The notes below the pieces were generated by a model, which was given only the letters and a program-made list of their open reading frames with translations, did not search any database and was not told where the DNA came from. A stretch of DNA of 27,319 bases from Gammaproteobacteria bacterium. GTDB lineage: Bacteria; Pseudomonadota; Gammaproteobacteria; Eutrophobiales; Eutrophobiaceae. The stretch is from positions 1 to 27,319 of the forward strand of contig CAUZRI010000001.1 in the NCBI GenBank assembly GCA_963582285.1. The letters are read 5' to 3'. Shown here one piece after another: positions 24,769-27,319 of this stretch; within the stretch, counting starts at the first letter, position 1; each line of letters starts with the position of its first letter. Position numbers and translations under genes: made by a program.

Positions 24769-25356
24769 CTATCCTGTTTGTCTGAAGGGTTGTTCTCCCT
24801 GGCGTGGTCTTGGACGCAGAATCTCCAATACCTGTGGTGGAGATTCGTCCTCATTTTTTAAACTATCAATAAGACGATTGGTTAATTCGTAATTATATTT
24901 TGCATCCCAGTTTTCGGGTTCGAATTTGAGCACGCTAAGAAACTCTTCGCTTGCCCTTTGCAGCCATGCTATCTGCTCCTGAGGCTCATTAAATTCACTG
25001 GCACGTCTGAACAGAGCGCAACCAGCCCAGTAATGTATAGGTGCCATTACAGGACTACTAGAAGATTTCTCCAATAATGCATCATACTCACCAAGCTGGT
25101 AGAGAATATAAAACTGGTTTTGCAGTGTCGCACTATACACATCCGGTAAGAATAGTTTTGCGAACCCGAAGCTTTCAAAGCGTTGTTCTGCGCGGTCAAA
25201 ATCTTCAAGACTTTCATTATATGATTCATGTTCAAATGCCTGTTGAGCATCCATATAGGGATTGAGCCACAATGAAAGAAGTATAAAAGACAGACCACAT
25301 AAAAATGTAACCGACATAACAAACCACACAGCAGGAATTTTGAGTATTCGGTGCAC
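24769..25356 (-). CDS. Membrane-anchored TPR-like protein (MxaK/BatC-like)
   Basis: GTG start with a GGGGG ribosome-binding site; N-terminal TM; helical repeats; YWAGCALF...FLSVLKFEPENWDAKYNYEL resembles the P..WDA(K/R).N motif I recall for MxaK/BatC. Confidence 0.7.
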   Translation of the reverse strand: MHRILKIPAVWFVMSVTFLCGLSFILLSLWLNPYMDAQQAFEHESYNESLEDFDRAEQRFESFGFAKLFLPDVYSATLQNQFYILYQLGEYDALLEKSSSSPVMAPIHYWAGCALFRRASEFNEPQEQIAWLQRASEEFLSVLKFEPENWDAKYNYELTNRLIDSLKNEDESPPQVLEILRPRPRQGEQPFRQTG

Positions 25357-25720
25357 TACACCCCCAATTTCAATTGGTCTTATTTCAGTAGAAAAACAGT
25401 GTGATGATAGTAACTTAAAAGTATTTTATGGGCAAACACAAGGCAGGGAAATTACTAACAGTTAAATCATATAACGTAACAATTCAACCTCTTTAATAAA
25501 CATAATCACCACGCAGGGCACTGAGCTAAACGAGAGACAAACCAACATAAGGATCGATTAGTCTGCTAACAGGAAAATGTGTATTTACAGAAATATATAA
25601 GCATTCTTGAAATTGTAGTTTTTATATAAAAAAATCTAAACTCTAAATCACAAAAAATTTATTAGGTTTTAAAAGAATTGATATTCTATTCTGCCTTTAC
25701 TGAGGCAAACTACATATTCT

Positions 25721-27319
25721 TTAATTACGACTGGGGATATGCGGCGGTGTTTGCTGCCAACGCCACAGTGTTGTGGGAGTGCTTTTCTCAACCTCCCAGG
25801 CAGCAACATCCAGATTGGTATTAAACTTCAATTTATTACCTCGTAATTGAGTATCTTCAAAAACTAACTGTCCTCCTATCATGGTCATAACAGGGTATAG
25901 GCTATCCAATTCCTCAACATCCACTGCCATGTAATCACCATTAAGGATAATAATATCTGCCCACTTGCCCGGTTCAATAGAACCTATCTTGTCATCTTTC
26001 CATATGGAATATGCCCCCCAACGGGTCATCATTAATAATAATGTTAATCTATCTGGTACTGCTTCTTCCGGAACGCCAAAATTTTTCCCTTCTATCTTGC
26101 GCGTCATCCACATAACACCATCTTCAAAAGGTGAATGACGGATTTCGCTCTGACTACCGAACTCACTTATCATTGTTCTGGCGCCGGCCTTTAACATACT
26201 CGCTACTGGTGCATTAAAGGTCAGATACTCCTCACCATAATCTTCTTCCAGTACCTGACTGGGGACACGCGTGGCATCACAGGAAAATGCCATGTTAATG
26301 CGAGCCGCAATCTCGATTTCTTCCTGAGTCACAGAATGACAATGGTCTACCTGCAGGCGCAGAGTGCGTAATTTTTCTATTGGGATCCCTGCGTTTAATA
26401 CCGTATCCAGATAGGCCCGTATTGCCTTGTCCCCTGCCACATGCCAACCAGGAATGCCTGTTTGTCTGCCTTCTGCTGCTAGCTCAGCGAGTACCTGTAA
26501 ATGCTCCAGTTTCCGAGTAAAGAAATCCCCATCGGGACATAATTCGCGTGACTTTAGTTCTGCTGTCTTCGCAGGGAGTGAGGTACACCAGGCCACGCCA
26601 CCACCATCCAGGCCACCTGCACTACTACCGATACTCCACATATGATCCGATCCATACCCTACCCAATCACCAATTCGCCAGTAGGTTTCTTTTACCAGAG
26701 GATTGAACGGTTGCATCCAGCGATGACCCCAGGCAAGACGGATGGGCATCAACTTGTTTCTGTCCAGATGTATGGAGGCATTGAATCCGCCTTCACACTG
26801 TACATGTGTCTTATGGGTGGTCACACCGTTCTGAGCGTTGAGCTGCATTACCTGAAAATAAGCACGGGTATATTCATCCCGGCGATTGGACTTAGGTAGA
26901 ATAATATCGCTACGAACACATCTGGGTCCATCGGTGTAATCACCAGACCAACCGGTTTTTTCATCGGTCCAAAAATCATCTGGTATAGGATTGCGGTAAC
27001 GTGCCTCAATAGACTCAATGCCACGCGTGTTGTAGACGGCACCACCCCGGGTACTTACGACCACAGGATTATTAGTTGTTAGAGGATCAAGAAATTGTCT
27101 GGTTAATGTCTTGCCGATAGCCTGTACTGCTACCTGTGCGGGGTTTACCCGCACCTGTATCCATTGGCCATCGGGTATTTGTCTAACCCTTGCAACCAAT
27201 GCCTTGCCCAGATTATCAACCAGTACATCAGGCGTTTCCGCAGAGACAGACAATTGAATCAATTCTGGTATTGCCTTTAACACCCAGGGAAAGGATGTGA
27301 GTGTGGTTTCGTAAAGATG
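25721..27319 (-). CDS. Amidohydrolase family 3 (YtcJ-like) metallohydrolase, 5'-partial (runs off the window end)
   Basis: The frame is open to base 27319 (HLYETTLTSFPW-VLKAIP...). Motifs WHVAGDKA, VDHC, MTRWGAY, GSIEPGKWADIIIL and MTMIGGQLVF. Confidence 0.88.
   Translation of the reverse strand, partial: HLYETTLTSFPWVLKAIPELIQLSVSAETPDVLVDNLGKALVARVRQIPDGQWIQVRVNPAQVAVQAIGKTLTRQFLDPLTTNNPVVVSTRGGAVYNTRGIESIEARYRNPIPDDFWTDEKTGWSGDYTDGPRCVRSDIILPKSNRRDEYTRAYFQVMQLNAQNGVTTHKTHVQCEGGFNASIHLDRNKLMPIRLAWGHRWMQPFNPLVKETYWRIGDWVGYGSDHMWSIGSSAGGLDGGGVAWCTSLPAKTAELKSRELCPDGDFFTRKLEHLQVLAELAAEGRQTGIPGWHVAGDKAIRAYLDTVLNAGIPIEKLRTLRLQVDHCHSVTQEEIEIAARINMAFSCDATRVPSQVLEEDYGEEYLTFNAPVASMLKAGARTMISEFGSQSEIRHSPFEDGVMWMTRKIEGKNFGVPEEAVPDRLTLLLMMTRWGAYSIWKDDKIGSIEPGKWADIIILNGDYMAVDVEELDSLYPVMTMIGGQLVFEDTQLRGNKLKFNTNLDVAAWEVEKSTPTTLWRWQQTPPHIPSRN

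Overview
Bacterial window with AT-rich spacers, probably from a proteobacterium (TonB receptors, c-type cytochrome, Rho-independent terminators; the taxon is an inference). It is a catabolic-looking enzyme cluster, almost all on the minus strand. In transcription order from the right edge: a 5'-truncated YtcJ-like amidohydrolase; a six-gene MoxR/vWA operon whose content and local order match a permuted mxaKL-RSAC; a signal-peptide-bearing bicupin; a 961-aa TonB-dependent receptor; two tandem 587-aa PQQ-type beta-propeller dehydrogenases with non-canonical active sites; a cytoplasmic bicupin paralogue; and an FAD aromatic hydroxylase. A class II aldolase-fold decarboxylase-like gene lies on the plus strand. 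The minus strand then continues with a small cytochrome c, a ThDP enzyme with a twin-arginine signal, the C-terminal ~40% of a second TonB receptor, and a homocitrate-synthase-like DRE-TIM enzyme lacking the usual catalytic Glu/His/Tyr. The window starts inside an asparaginase-fold gene with an altered active site. Both convergent gene junctions (942-1285 and 7485-8055) hold mosaic REP/dRS3-like palindromic repeats, including a ~204-bp tandem duplication. No rRNA, tRNA, CRISPR array, transposase or transcription-factor gene was recognised. Most interesting hypothesis (inference): an undescribed periplasm-first oxidation pathway with its own Mxa-like maturation machinery. All calls come from motif reading by eye; no searches were run.
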